Shown here: piece by piece, positions 7,727 through 17,561 of the stretch
Position numbering within the stretch: position 1 is the first letter of the stretch
Layout of the letters: the number at the start of each line of letters is the position of its first letter
Source of the DNA: Deltaproteobacteria bacterium
GTDB taxonomy: Bacteria > JAGRBM01 > JAHCIT01
Reading direction: 5' to 3'
Assembly: GCA_026129095.1 (NCBI GenBank)
Contig: JAHCIT010000003.1
Location: 124,001-188,000, forward strand
Length of the DNA stretch: 64,000 bases
Position numbers and translations under genes: made by a program
The notes under the pieces: model-generated
What the model saw: the letters and a program-made list of their open reading frames with translations, nothing else
The model's database searches: none
Told to the model about the DNA's origin: nothing

Positions 7727-10138
7727 CTATCCCGCAAGGCCAAGTGATTTCTCGGCATCAAGAACGGACTGGATTCCCTTCATGATGGAATCAGGATTGA
7801 GGGAAATGGAATCAATGCCCCTTTCCACCAGGAACCGGCAGATTTCGGGATAGTCGCTGGGGGCCTGACCGCAAATGCCGATGGGACGGCCGGCCTTGTG
7901 TGCGCCATCAATGGCAGCAGCCAGCATGCGTTTGACCGGCTCCAGCCGTTCGTCGAACAGCCCGCTCACGATAGCCGAGTCACGGTCCACACCCAAGGTC
8001 AGTTGCGTCAGGTCATTCGACCCGATTGAAAACCCATCGAATATCTTTCCGAACAGGTCGGCAGCGATGACGTTCGAGGGGATCTCGCACATGACATAGA
8101 TTCCGAGACCATTTTCTCCCTGCTTCAGGCCGTGCGTGGCCATTTCGGCAATCACCCGCTCGCCTTCTCCCGGAGTGCGGCAGAAAGGCACCATGATCTT
8201 GAGGTTCGTAAGGCCCATCTCGTCGCGGACGCGTTTCAGGGCGAGGCATTCCAGGCGGAATCCTTCCCGGTAGCGTTCGTGGTAATAGCGGGACGCCCCC
8301 CGGAAGCCGATCATCGGGTTTTCTTCCTCCGGCTCGAAATCACGTCCACCGAGGAGATTCGCATATTCGTTGGTCTTGAAGTCCGAAAGCCGGACAATCA
8401 CCGGGCGCGGGTAGAATGCACCCGCGATCATGCCGACACCCTCGGAGAGGCGGTCCACGAAGAACCGGGTCCGGTCGTTCTCGTAGCCCCGGGTGAGCCT
8501 CGCGATGGCGTTGCGGGCTTCCGTGTCTTTCAGCCGGTCGTAGTGAACCAGTGCCATGGGGTGCACCTTGACGTATTCATTGATGATGAACTCCTCGCGG
8601 GCGAGCCCCACGCCACTGACTGGCAGCATGGCGGTCTTCAGGGCCTGATCCGGATTGCCGAGGATGCAGTAGACTTTCGTCCGGGGCGCCTTCAGATGGG
8701 AGAGGTCCAGTGTCGTGCGGCGGAACTTCAGGATGCCGTCGTATATCCGGCCTTCCTCGCCCTCGGAGCAACTCACCGTGACGGACGTACCGGTTCCCAG
8801 CAGCGTGGTACCTTCTCCGGTTCCGACCACGCAGGGAACACCGAGTTCGCGGCTCACAATGGCGGCATGACAGGTCCGGCCACCCCGGTTGGTGACAATG
8901 GCGGCTGCCTTCTTCATGACCGGTTCCCAGTCGGGATCGGTCATGTCGGCGACCAGCACTTCTCCCGGCCTGAAGCTGCCCAGTTCATTCACTGACTGGA
9001 TGACCCGGACCGGACCAGCGCCGATCATCGACCCCACAGCGCGGCCGATAGCCAGAACCTTCGAGCGTTCCTCCAGTTCGTAGGTGACCATTTCTGCCAC
9101 CCGCCGGTTGGCCTGGACAGTTTCGGGCCGGGCCTGAAGGATATAGAGTTCCCCCGTGCGCCCATCGCGGCCCCACTCGATGTCCATTGGTGTGTCGCGC
9201 CCGTGTTTCCGGGTATAGTGATCCTCGATGATGCAGGCCCACCGGGAAAGCTGGATAACATCGGCATCGCTTAGGGAGAGACGCTCCCGGTCGGCCTTCG
9301 ACACCTCGACATCACGCGTTCGCCGTGTGCCCTGTCCCGCGTAAACCAGCTTGAACTGCTTTGCGCCAGCCGTACGCCGGAGAATCGGCTGTTTCCCCAT
9401 CCTGAGCGTCGGCTTGAGCACGACAAACTCGTCGGGATCGACCTTGCCGGAGACCACATTTTCGCCAAGTCCCCATGCGCTCGTAACAAACACCACATCA
9501 CGGAAGCCGGACTCCGTGTCCAGCGTGAAGATCACTCCGGCACTTCCAAGATCGGAACGGACCATCTGCTGCACGACAATTGACAGCCGCACCTGCGAGT
9601 GCCTGAAACCCTTGTTCACGCGGTAACTGATGGCCCGGTCCGTATACAGCGACGCAAAACAGTTCTGGCAGGCCACAAGGAGATCGGCCTCGCCACGCAC
9701 GTTCAGGAACGTTTCCTGCTGGCCGGCGAATGAGGCATCAGGCAGGTCTTCCGCCGTGGCGGAAGAACGGACGGCGACATCAATATCATCCACGCCTGTA
9801 CGCTTGGAAAGCTGCCGGTAAGCCTCGACGATATCCGTGCGGACAGCATCCGGAAGGGGTGTCTCACGGATAAGCGTGCGGATTTTCTGCCCCCGACGTG
9901 CGAGGTCTGCGACGTCATGGGTATCCAGCCCCTTCAGTATGCGCTCTATCTCTTGGCCAACGCTGCGGGTTTCGATCAGCGACGTATAGGCGTCGGCCGT
10001 TACAGCGAAACCGGGGGGAACCTTAACGCCCTGGGAACTCAACTCCCGGACCATTTCACCCAGCGATGCATTCTTGCCTCCGACCAGGGGAACGTCGGCA
10101 ATGGAGATGTCTTCGAACCAGCGGATATACTGGGGCAT
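7727..10138 (-). CDS. ppsA: Phosphoenolpyruvate synthase
   Basis: VGGKNASLGEM, AVRSSATAEDLPDASFAGQQET, phospho-His motif GGRTCHAAIVSRELG, EENPMIGFRGASRY, FSIGSNDLTQL. Confidence 0.98.
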   Translation of the reverse strand: MPQYIRWFEDISIADVPLVGGKNASLGEMVRELSSQGVKVPPGFAVTADAYTSLIETRSVGQEIERILKGLDTHDVADLARRGQKIRTLIRETPLPDAVRTDIVEAYRQLSKRTGVDDIDVAVRSSATAEDLPDASFAGQQETFLNVRGEADLLVACQNCFASLYTDRAISYRVNKGFRHSQVRLSIVVQQMVRSDLGSAGVIFTLDTESGFRDVVFVTSAWGLGENVVSGKVDPDEFVVLKPTLRMGKQPILRRTAGAKQFKLVYAGQGTRRTRDVEVSKADRERLSLSDADVIQLSRWACIIEDHYTRKHGRDTPMDIEWGRDGRTGELYILQARPETVQANRRVAEMVTYELEERSKVLAIGRAVGSMIGAGPVRVIQSVNELGSFRPGEVLVADMTDPDWEPVMKKAAAIVTNRGGRTCHAAIVSRELGVPCVVGTGEGTTLLGTGTSVTVSCSEGEEGRIYDGILKFRRTTLDLSHLKAPRTKVYCILGNPDQALKTAMLPVSGVGLAREEFIINEYVKVHPMALVHYDRLKDTEARNAIARLTRGYENDRTRFFVDRLSEGVGMIAGAFYPRPVIVRLSDFKTNEYANLLGGRDFEPEEENPMIGFRGASRYYHERYREGFRLECLALKRVRDEMGLTNLKIMVPFCRTPGEGERVIAEMATHGLKQGENGLGIYVMCEIPSNVIAADLFGKIFDGFSIGSNDLTQLTLGVDRDSAIVSGLFDERLEPVKRMLAAAIDGAHKAGRPIGICGQAPSDYPEICRFLVERGIDSISLNPDSIMKGIQSVLDAEKSLGLAG

Positions 10139-10267
10139 TTGGGTACCTTTCCGGCAATGGGGCGCGCCTTCGAGCGTAATGGTTAACGGGGGAGGACACC
10201 ATGGCGATGACGTTAATCATAAGGCGTGTATGGGCAGGGTGTTAGACTAGGAACTGAAGGGGGGCTC

Positions 10268-10885
10268 ATGTCCGGCGACAGGCAACCAGCGCACTTTCTT
10301 CTGGATATGCTGGCCGACGAGAACGGCGGCGAAGGTTCGGCAACACCGGAGACGGAATCGCCGCGTGGTACCGGTTCTGCCGATCTGGCCGGCACCGATG
10401 CCCTGCGGCTCCTCCGGGAGGCGCGGTACTATCTGGACGTTCTGGAAACCGGTTACACGGAAGCAAGAAACGGTGAAGCCAGTGCCGGTCAGACGCTGAG
10501 GCGCCGGCGCGTGGAGCTGGGAATTGACCTCCCCGAGCTTGATGTGGTCGGCATGTGGGCGTCGGTGAACGAAAACGGGCAAGTGACGGTGCCGTTTGCG
10601 GGATTTCTCGCCGGACGGGCATACGGGTGCCTCGACCGCCTGTTACAGTTCCTTGACAGCAACGGGCAGATGAAGGACGCGGCAGCCTGGCGTAACCGGC
10701 TTGCCCGCCACCATGAGGAACTGTTGCGCCATTTTCCCGATATCGGGGACGGCGGGGCCTATCCGATCCTGAAAGATCGTTTCGTAAATGTGAACGTGCT
10801 AGAACCGTGGTGTACCGAGGGCGGCGAAGTCCGTCGCTGTCTGGCACTATGCAGGAGAGCTGTTCTGGCCCGGACGTCACGATGA
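10268..10885 (+). CDS. Hypothetical protein, first gene of the glycogen operon
   Basis: GAAGGGGG SD-like sequence before ATG; stop overlaps the next start (ATGA); no recognisable motif. Confidence 0.6.
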   Translation: MSGDRQPAHFLLDMLADENGGEGSATPETESPRGTGSADLAGTDALRLLREARYYLDVLETGYTEARNGEASAGQTLRRRRVELGIDLPELDVVGMWASVNENGQVTVPFAGFLAGRAYGCLDRLLQFLDSNGQMKDAAAWRNRLARHHEELLRHFPDIGDGGAYPILKDRFVNVNVLEPWCTEGGEVRRCLALCRRAVLARTSR

Positions 10886-11643
10886 TTCGTCTCATTATCA
10901 GGTTTTTCCGGTATCTGGCCCGCCGCATCGGGCTGTCTGGTGGAAACCGCCGGGATGGCAATCGGACTCCCGCTCCGGCCGGGAAATGGCCTGCGCCGGC
11001 CCCCGGTGAGCGACCCGATACTGCCCGGAAGCTCTCGGGCCGCCTGGGGGATTCCCAGCCCCACAGCCGGAAATTGCGGCAAGCAGCAACAGGTGAAATA
11101 CGGTCAGCCGGTTCTTCCGATGGAACAGGAGCCGGGCCGTTTGATCTTCTCGTCCGCGATCCCTGGACACTCTTTTTTTATCTGGAACCTGCGGCAGCCT
11201 ATGCGGCTTTTGGAAATGACGCCTCCAGCGCAACCTGCCGGGTAGAATGGAGCGCCGACGGCGTTCACTGGACGGTAATTTCGGATGAGCCGCTCAGGGT
11301 GTCAGACGGACCAGTGTATGTGAAGGCCGGTATGAGTGACTGCTATATCCGGATCCGGATCGGGTTCAATGCTGCGGCCAAGTTCGAATCCCGCATGGAA
11401 AGCCGTGTTGCCCGGATGCCCCGCACACGGGCAGGTTCCGGTCCCGTCGTCTGGGGGACAGCAGCAGAATTGCTCGCGGCTCCATCCGTCCGTCCTGATC
11501 TGTCGCCTGAGCATGAGGAAGAGCCGGCTGGGACCATGACTGTCAGTTCCGGTGAATTTCAAAGGGGACAACGGCGCAGGGGCGTAGCGGGGGCGCATGC
11601 CAGCGGCGGAAGGCTCTGGCCCGGACCTGCCGCAGGATTGTGA
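10882..11643 (+). CDS. DUF4912-domain protein
   Basis: LLVRDPWTLFFY motif typical of DUF4912, a family often found directly upstream of GH57 DUF1957 genes; coupled to both neighbours. Confidence 0.7.
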   Translation: MIRLIIRFFRYLARRIGLSGGNRRDGNRTPAPAGKWPAPAPGERPDTARKLSGRLGDSQPHSRKLRQAATGEIRSAGSSDGTGAGPFDLLVRDPWTLFFYLEPAAAYAAFGNDASSATCRVEWSADGVHWTVISDEPLRVSDGPVYVKAGMSDCYIRIRIGFNAAAKFESRMESRVARMPRTRAGSGPVVWGTAAELLAAPSVRPDLSPEHEEEPAGTMTVSSGEFQRGQRRRGVAGAHASGGRLWPGPAAGL

Positions 11644-13208
11644 ACTGCTCCGGACTGTTCATGCCCGTGCTCCATGCACATCTGCCGTACGTGCGGCATC
11701 CGGAGCTCCCCGAGTACCGCGAGGAGAGCTGGTTTTTTGAGGCTGTGCTGGAATGCTATCTGCCGCTTCTGGCAGTTCTTGACCGGCTGCACCAGCGCAA
11801 TGTGCAGGCCCGTCTGACCGTTTCCCTGAGCCCCACTCTCATCCTGATGCTGGCGGATCCGCTGCTCTGCGGGCGTCTTGACCGTTACCTGGGCAAGCTG
11901 GAGCGGTTCTCTGGGCACGAAAGCCAGCGGCTGAAGGGCACCGTGTATGAGCCGGTGGTTCACTTCTACCGGGACCGGATCGCCTGGCTTCGTGATGAGT
12001 GGGAAAGTCATCACGGAAGAATGCTGCTGGAATCATTTGGTGACCTCGAAGCCGGCGGAATGATCGAACTGATGACTACGGCAGCTACCCATGCCTATCT
12101 TCCGATCCTTGCGGCCGATCCGGAATCGGTTGAGCGGCAGATCACCATGGGGCTCAATGTTTTTGAACGCCATCTGGGCCGGCGGCCGGAGGGGTTCTGG
12201 CTTCCGGAATGCGGATACATGGAAGGGCTCGATGAAGTTCTGGCCCGTGTCGGCGTCCGGCACACGTTTGTTGATGCGCACGCATTCCGTAACGGATCGC
12301 ACAGTCCGGTGGACGGGACCTATGCTCCGGTGGTGAGCCCGGCTGGCGTGATATTCTTCGGCCGCGATGAACTGACATCCCGCCAGGTGTGGAGTTCGCG
12401 GGATGGATATCCGGCCGATCCCGTTTATCGGGATTTTTACCATGACGCCGGATACGAACTGGGCGAGCTGGAACTTGCGCCGTTTCTGTGGGGTGGCATC
12501 GGAAGGGGGCCAACCGGTTTCAAATACCGGCGGGTCACGGGTCCGGAAGAACAGAAAATGCCGTATGACCGGGCCATGGCGCTCCGGCGGGTAAACGAAC
12601 ATGCGGAGCAGTTCGTCAGGGAACTCGCTGGCCGTCTGGCCGGGCAGCCAATGCACGGAGACCGCACTCCGCTGGTGACGTCTCTCTATGACGCCGAACT
12701 GTTCGGACACTGGTGGTTTGAAGGCCCCGACTGGCTGGAGAAGGTGCTCGAACTGTCTGTGGAGGAAAGCACCGGCATCCAGACGGTAACACCATCCGGA
12801 TATCTCAACCGTTTTCCTCTGCATGAGATATCCGAGCCATCGTCAGGAAGCTGGGGAGAGGGAGGCTATTCGGAGATGTGGCTGAATCCCGCTAACGACT
12901 GGATTCCCTCCCGGCTGCTGGAAGCCGGACGCCGTCTGGCGCATTTGAATCTTGGAGAAGGCGCAGCCTTGAAACTGGCCTGGCGAGGGTGTGTGAACGA
13001 GCTGATGCTGGCTCAGGCATCGGACTGGCCTTTCATGCTCGCCAGCGGGGCCCATTCCACCTATGCCCGGAAACGTGTTGAAGACCACCTGAAGCGGTTT
13101 ATCGATCTCGTCCGGGGACTGGAAACAGGCCGCTGGCAGGTTTCTGGGCAGATGCCCGTGAAGGGCGACTGGCCTTTTATGGCCTCGACCGAAGGAGAAG
13201 AAGTATGA
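11640..13208 (+). CDS. GH57 1,4-alpha-glucan branching enzyme (DUF1957)
   Basis: LHAHLPYV, ECYLPL, THAYLP, GFWLPECGY (nucleophile), YDAELFGHWWFEG (acid/base), LAQASDWPF. Confidence 0.93.
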   Translation: MNCSGLFMPVLHAHLPYVRHPELPEYREESWFFEAVLECYLPLLAVLDRLHQRNVQARLTVSLSPTLILMLADPLLCGRLDRYLGKLERFSGHESQRLKGTVYEPVVHFYRDRIAWLRDEWESHHGRMLLESFGDLEAGGMIELMTTAATHAYLPILAADPESVERQITMGLNVFERHLGRRPEGFWLPECGYMEGLDEVLARVGVRHTFVDAHAFRNGSHSPVDGTYAPVVSPAGVIFFGRDELTSRQVWSSRDGYPADPVYRDFYHDAGYELGELELAPFLWGGIGRGPTGFKYRRVTGPEEQKMPYDRAMALRRVNEHAEQFVRELAGRLAGQPMHGDRTPLVTSLYDAELFGHWWFEGPDWLEKVLELSVEESTGIQTVTPSGYLNRFPLHEISEPSSGSWGEGGYSEMWLNPANDWIPSRLLEAGRRLAHLNLGEGAALKLAWRGCVNELMLAQASDWPFMLASGAHSTYARKRVEDHLKRFIDLVRGLETGRWQVSGQMPVKGDWPFMASTEGEEV

Positions 13209-14452
13209 ATTTCGCATCGGGAGGCGATGTGCTGGCCATTGTTCTGGCAGGAGGCGCCGGTACGCGTCTGAAGCCCCTAACCACGAGCCGGGCCAAGCCG
13301 GCCGTTCCGTTCGGTGGACATTACCGCCTGATCGATTTCGTGCTGTCGAACCTGGTCAATTCGCACATCTTCAGGATCATGGTGCTGACCCAGTACCAGA
13401 GCTACTCATTGATCCGGCATTTGTCCCGCGGCTGGACATTTTCGTCGCAACTGAGCCAGTTCTGTGAAACCATCCCGGCAACGGAAGGGCAGAACAAGGG
13501 CTGGTATCTGGGGTCGGCCGATGCCCTTTGGCAGAATCTCACCTACATCCGAAGGGACCGGCCCCGTTATGTGGCGGTGTTTGGCGCCGATCATATCTAC
13601 CGCATGGATATACGGCAGATGGTTGCCGAGCATGAGCGCGCCATGGCCGATGTCAGTGTGGCGGTTATTCCGCAACCCCGCTCGGAGGCAAGCCAGTTCG
13701 GCTGTATCGGAATAGACGATACTGGCCGGATTACGAGTTTTGTCGAGAAGCCGGCCAATCCACCCGAAATGCCGGGGCGGCCCGGTCAGTCCCTGGTGTC
13801 AATGGGAAACTATATTTTCAGCCTGGATGCGCTGGAGAGAATGCTCGCCGAGGACGCCGGCAAGGAGGGCAGCTCCCACGACATCGGGAGGGATCTGCTG
13901 CCATCCTGGGTGGAACGCATGAACCTGCACGCCTATGATTTTTCCCGGAATATCATTCCGGGAAGCAACCCGAATGAAGTGGGCTACTGGCGCGACGTAG
14001 GAACGATAGATGCCTACTGGAAGGCGTCGATGGACCTCATCCAAGTAAGTCCCGAGTTCAACCTGTACAATCGTGAGTGGCCCCTGATCACCGCCCGTGA
14101 ACATCATCCGCCGGCGAAGTTTGTCTTCGCGGACCGTGAAACGTCCCGTATCGGCGTGGCGACTGATTCACTGGTCTGTGATGGCGTCGTCGTCTCGGGC
14201 GGTCTTATAGACCGCTCGATCCTGAGCCCAAGGGTCCGGATCAACTCCTACGCAACCGTTGCAGAGAGCGTGATCTTTGAAGGCGTGGATATCGGCCGCC
14301 GATCGAAACTGAAGCGGGTGATTGTCGACAAGCACGTCCGGATTCCGCCGGATACGGTGATCGGATACGAGCTGGATGCCGACCGGGCCCGGGGCTTCAC
14401 GGTGACCGAAAGCGGCGTGGTGGTGGTGCCGGCGGGGGCAACCTTTACTTGA
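13205..14452 (+). CDS. glgC: Glucose-1-phosphate adenylyltransferase
   Basis: VLAGGAGTRLKPLT..RAKPAVPFGG, WYLGSADA, ADHIYRMD, FVEKP, SMGNYIF, YWRDVGTID. Confidence 0.97.
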   Translation: MNFASGGDVLAIVLAGGAGTRLKPLTTSRAKPAVPFGGHYRLIDFVLSNLVNSHIFRIMVLTQYQSYSLIRHLSRGWTFSSQLSQFCETIPATEGQNKGWYLGSADALWQNLTYIRRDRPRYVAVFGADHIYRMDIRQMVAEHERAMADVSVAVIPQPRSEASQFGCIGIDDTGRITSFVEKPANPPEMPGRPGQSLVSMGNYIFSLDALERMLAEDAGKEGSSHDIGRDLLPSWVERMNLHAYDFSRNIIPGSNPNEVGYWRDVGTIDAYWKASMDLIQVSPEFNLYNREWPLITAREHHPPAKFVFADRETSRIGVATDSLVCDGVVVSGGLIDRSILSPRVRINSYATVAESVIFEGVDIGRRSKLKRVIVDKHVRIPPDTVIGYELDADRARGFTVTESGVVVVPAGATFT

Positions 14453-16563
14453 AGGACATTCGCCTCGCCTTCCTGTGGCATATGCACCAGCCGTTGTACC
14501 GGCTGCCGGGCGAGCGGGAATGCTTTGCCCCGTGGGTGCGGCTTCATGCGGTCAGGTCATACTACGACTTCGCCCGGTTGCCGGACCTCCTGCCGGGACT
14601 CCGTTGGACGATAAATCTCGTTCCGTCGCTCATCATGCAGGTGGAGTCCTATCTGGATGGTGGCACGGACAGTTTCCGGGAGCTGGCCCTGAGTCCCGCT
14701 TCCAGTCTCACCCCGGCGGGCCGCCGGTTCCTGCTTCGCAACTTCTTCTCGGCGCACCCGGAAACGATGATCGCCCCGCTTCCCCGTTATGCCGAACTGC
14801 ACAGGAAACGGGATGACGCGTGGAGCCGGATGGGCGAGGATGACGGCTGGCGGGATTTTACCGATCAGGATTTCCGGGACCTGAGAGTCCTGTTTCAACT
14901 GGCATGGTTCGGTTTCGCCGCCCGGCGGGATTTCCCCGCCATTGATGAACTGGCCCGCCAGGGCCGGGACTACCGGGACGAGGATGCGGCAGTGCTCGAC
15001 CGGATATCCAGCGAGATTCTCGGCCGGATTGTCCCCTTGTACCGCCGCCAGTGGGAGTCGGACCGTCTGGAACTGTCCACGACGCCGTTTTATCACCCGA
15101 TTCTGCCTCTCCTGATTGACACCGATTCCGCACGCGAGGCGATGCCTGATGCGATGCTCCCGTCATCCTACGGCTGCATCGGCGATGCCCGGCAGCAGGT
15201 TCACCGGTCGCTGGAGTTCATGAACAGCCGATTCGGCCGCCGTCCCCGCGGGATGTGGCCCGCCGAGGGGGCGGTTTCGGAGGCCGCCGCCCGGCTGTTT
15301 GCCTCGGAAGGAGTCGAGTGGATTGCGACCGACGAGGAAGTCCTCCACCGGTCGGCACGTCTGGACGATGCTTCACCGGATATCTGCAGGCCCTGGCGAG
15401 CGGGCCCGGATGACGGTTCGCTTCTGGTTGCCTTCCGGAGCCACGACTATTCGGACCGGATCGGCTTCCGGTATGCCCGTGATAACCCGGAAGCTGCCGC
15501 ACAGGATATTATGGAGGGGGTGCGGTCGATCGCTTCGTTATCGGACAGCCTGGCACCGGTGGTCTGTGTGATTCTGGATGGAGAGAACCCGTGGGAAACC
15601 TATCCCGGTGCCGGTTGGCAGTTTCTGTCGGCACTCGAAGCGGCGGTGAAAGACAGTCCCGGTATCAGGCTCGCCACGATGTCGGAGAGCATCGGCGCTT
15701 CGAGCGGGCATGCCCGCCGGGTCACGCATCTGCGCGCCGGGGGCTGGGTGAACGGGCGGTTTTCCATCTGGATCGGAGGAGAACAGAAGAATGCCGCATG
15801 GGAAGCCCTCAACTTTACCCGCCGGGAACTCTGGGAACTTGCGGAATCCACACAGAATGCAAAGGCGATGGAGGCTATGCTTGCCGCCGAGGGAAGCGAC
15901 TGGTTCTGGTGGATGGATGGCCAGTTCGCCACCGAGCACCGGTTCAACTTCCACGACCTGTTCCAGTCACATCTGGAAGCGGCCTGGCGTGCGCTGGACC
16001 GTCCGGTGGAGCCGGGGCGGCTGTCAGCTTTCCGTTTTGCTGGTGGCGCGGAGCGTCTTGTCGTTGGCGCCAAGGCCCGCGTGGATGGCCAGATCGACGG
16101 CCTCGCGAACAGTTACTTTGAATGGGCGTCGGCAGCCCATTTCGGTGCCGATCAGTTCATGATCGGCGGCACCATGGCCCGTTCCGGTCCGGTGTTTGAT
16201 GCCTTTCATATAGGGTTCAGTCCCCAGCAGGAACTGATGTTCCGGGTTGATGGGCTAACCCATGCCCCGGAGGTTCTGGAGGTCGTAATTGGCGGGACTG
16301 ACGGCGGGCATACGTTCTCGCTTCGGCTGGATGGAAGTGGCTACCAGCTGGCTGGCGAAGTACCACCAGAGTGGGACGCTGTCGTGGTGTACCGGCAGGT
16401 GCTGGAGGGAAAGTTGCGATGTCCGCTGGTGGTTCACGATGAGGCCGGATATGTGATTGTCCGACTCCGGGTGCAAAGCGGAGGCGCATGGACTGAAACC
16501 CGGCCTGTGCGTATACAGATCCCGTCAGGGGTTTTGCGCCTGACGGGCTGGAGCGCCGTCTGA
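14449..16563 (+). CDS. GH57 amylopullulanase / alpha-amylase-like glycoside hydrolase
   Basis: FLWHMHQP, PWVRLH, TPFYHPILPLL, GMWPAEGAVS, ILDGENPWE, AEGSDWFWW. Confidence 0.92.
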   Translation: MKDIRLAFLWHMHQPLYRLPGERECFAPWVRLHAVRSYYDFARLPDLLPGLRWTINLVPSLIMQVESYLDGGTDSFRELALSPASSLTPAGRRFLLRNFFSAHPETMIAPLPRYAELHRKRDDAWSRMGEDDGWRDFTDQDFRDLRVLFQLAWFGFAARRDFPAIDELARQGRDYRDEDAAVLDRISSEILGRIVPLYRRQWESDRLELSTTPFYHPILPLLIDTDSAREAMPDAMLPSSYGCIGDARQQVHRSLEFMNSRFGRRPRGMWPAEGAVSEAAARLFASEGVEWIATDEEVLHRSARLDDASPDICRPWRAGPDDGSLLVAFRSHDYSDRIGFRYARDNPEAAAQDIMEGVRSIASLSDSLAPVVCVILDGENPWETYPGAGWQFLSALEAAVKDSPGIRLATMSESIGASSGHARRVTHLRAGGWVNGRFSIWIGGEQKNAAWEALNFTRRELWELAESTQNAKAMEAMLAAEGSDWFWWMDGQFATEHRFNFHDLFQSHLEAAWRALDRPVEPGRLSAFRFAGGAERLVVGAKARVDGQIDGLANSYFEWASAAHFGADQFMIGGTMARSGPVFDAFHIGFSPQQELMFRVDGLTHAPEVLEVVIGGTDGGHTFSLRLDGSGYQLAGEVPPEWDAVVVYRQVLEGKLRCPLVVHDEAGYVIVRLRVQSGGAWTETRPVRIQIPSGVLRLTGWSAV

Positions 16564-16592
16564 AACCGGAATGGTCCGGCTGGCTTCTGTTT

Positions 16593-17561
16593 ATGTCTGA
16601 ATATCGTTATCACCAGCCGTCAGGAGCCTGGGTGCTGATCGCGCCGGAGGCGGCAGTGCGGCCGGCCGAAAGGACGGGGAAGATTGTCCCTGCGGCTGAC
16701 TGTCCGTTCTGCCCTGGTCATGAGCAGGCATGCGGGCGCGATCTCTTCACGTTGCGAAACCACCGGTTCGTTTCAAACGGATCCGGGTGGTCCCTGCGCG
16801 TTATTCCGAACCAGTATCCACTGCTCCGCATCGAAGCCGCGCCACCCCGGCACGATCATCAGGAAATACGGCGCGATGGCCTTGGTGCGCACGAAGTCGT
16901 GATCGAACTGCCGGAACACGCCACGTTGCTCAGGGACTATCCGGTGGACCTGCTGGTGGATGTCATCTCGGCCTGGCGAAGCCGCATAGGCGACCTGATG
17001 AACGATAGCCGCCTGAATTTCTTCCTGGTCCACCGGTCGGAAGGCACCGGCCGGCAGTCTCATCCACATTCCCAGGTATTCGCCTTTCCGCAGCCGTTCA
17101 GGGCTTCCGTCTCCCTGCTGGACGACGGCCCGCACCCCGAACACCGGCGTGTAATCGCGCACGGGCCGTTCGTGGCATTTGCTACCTATGCCCAGCCGTA
17201 CCCCTTTGAAATCGTGATTTCGCCTGTTGAGCCTGCCATCAGTTTCGTGGACCTGTGCGAGCCGGATCGGCTTGCCGGGCTTATCCGGGATATCTGGCGC
17301 CGGCTGGAACTGGCGCTGAAGTCACCGCCGATCAGGCTTGCACTACGGGTGTGGCGGCATCCGGCAGGAGTGGCGTCGGTGCCGTCATGGCAGATTGTGA
17401 TCCGCCCGGAACTGGAAATGTACGTTCCGGTTTCATGGGAGGCGGGCCTTGCAGTGAATCCTGTCAGGCCGGAGGATGCCTGCTCGATCCTGCGGGACCT
17501 CGAGCGGACGGCGGCGCTTCCATCGCCGGACTGGCTGATTCCTGTGGAGTCCGTCCGCTGA
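16593..17561 (+). CDS. GalT-like (HIT superfamily) nucleotidyltransferase, divergent
   Basis: WVLIAP..A.RP, CPFCPGHE, RVIPNQYP, GAHEVVIE, catalytic HPHSQ, PVRPEDAC. Confidence 0.8.
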   Translation: MSEYRYHQPSGAWVLIAPEAAVRPAERTGKIVPAADCPFCPGHEQACGRDLFTLRNHRFVSNGSGWSLRVIPNQYPLLRIEAAPPRHDHQEIRRDGLGAHEVVIELPEHATLLRDYPVDLLVDVISAWRSRIGDLMNDSRLNFFLVHRSEGTGRQSHPHSQVFAFPQPFRASVSLLDDGPHPEHRRVIAHGPFVAFATYAQPYPFEIVISPVEPAISFVDLCEPDRLAGLIRDIWRRLELALKSPPIRLALRVWRHPAGVASVPSWQIVIRPELEMYVPVSWEAGLAVNPVRPEDACSILRDLERTAALPSPDWLIPVESVR

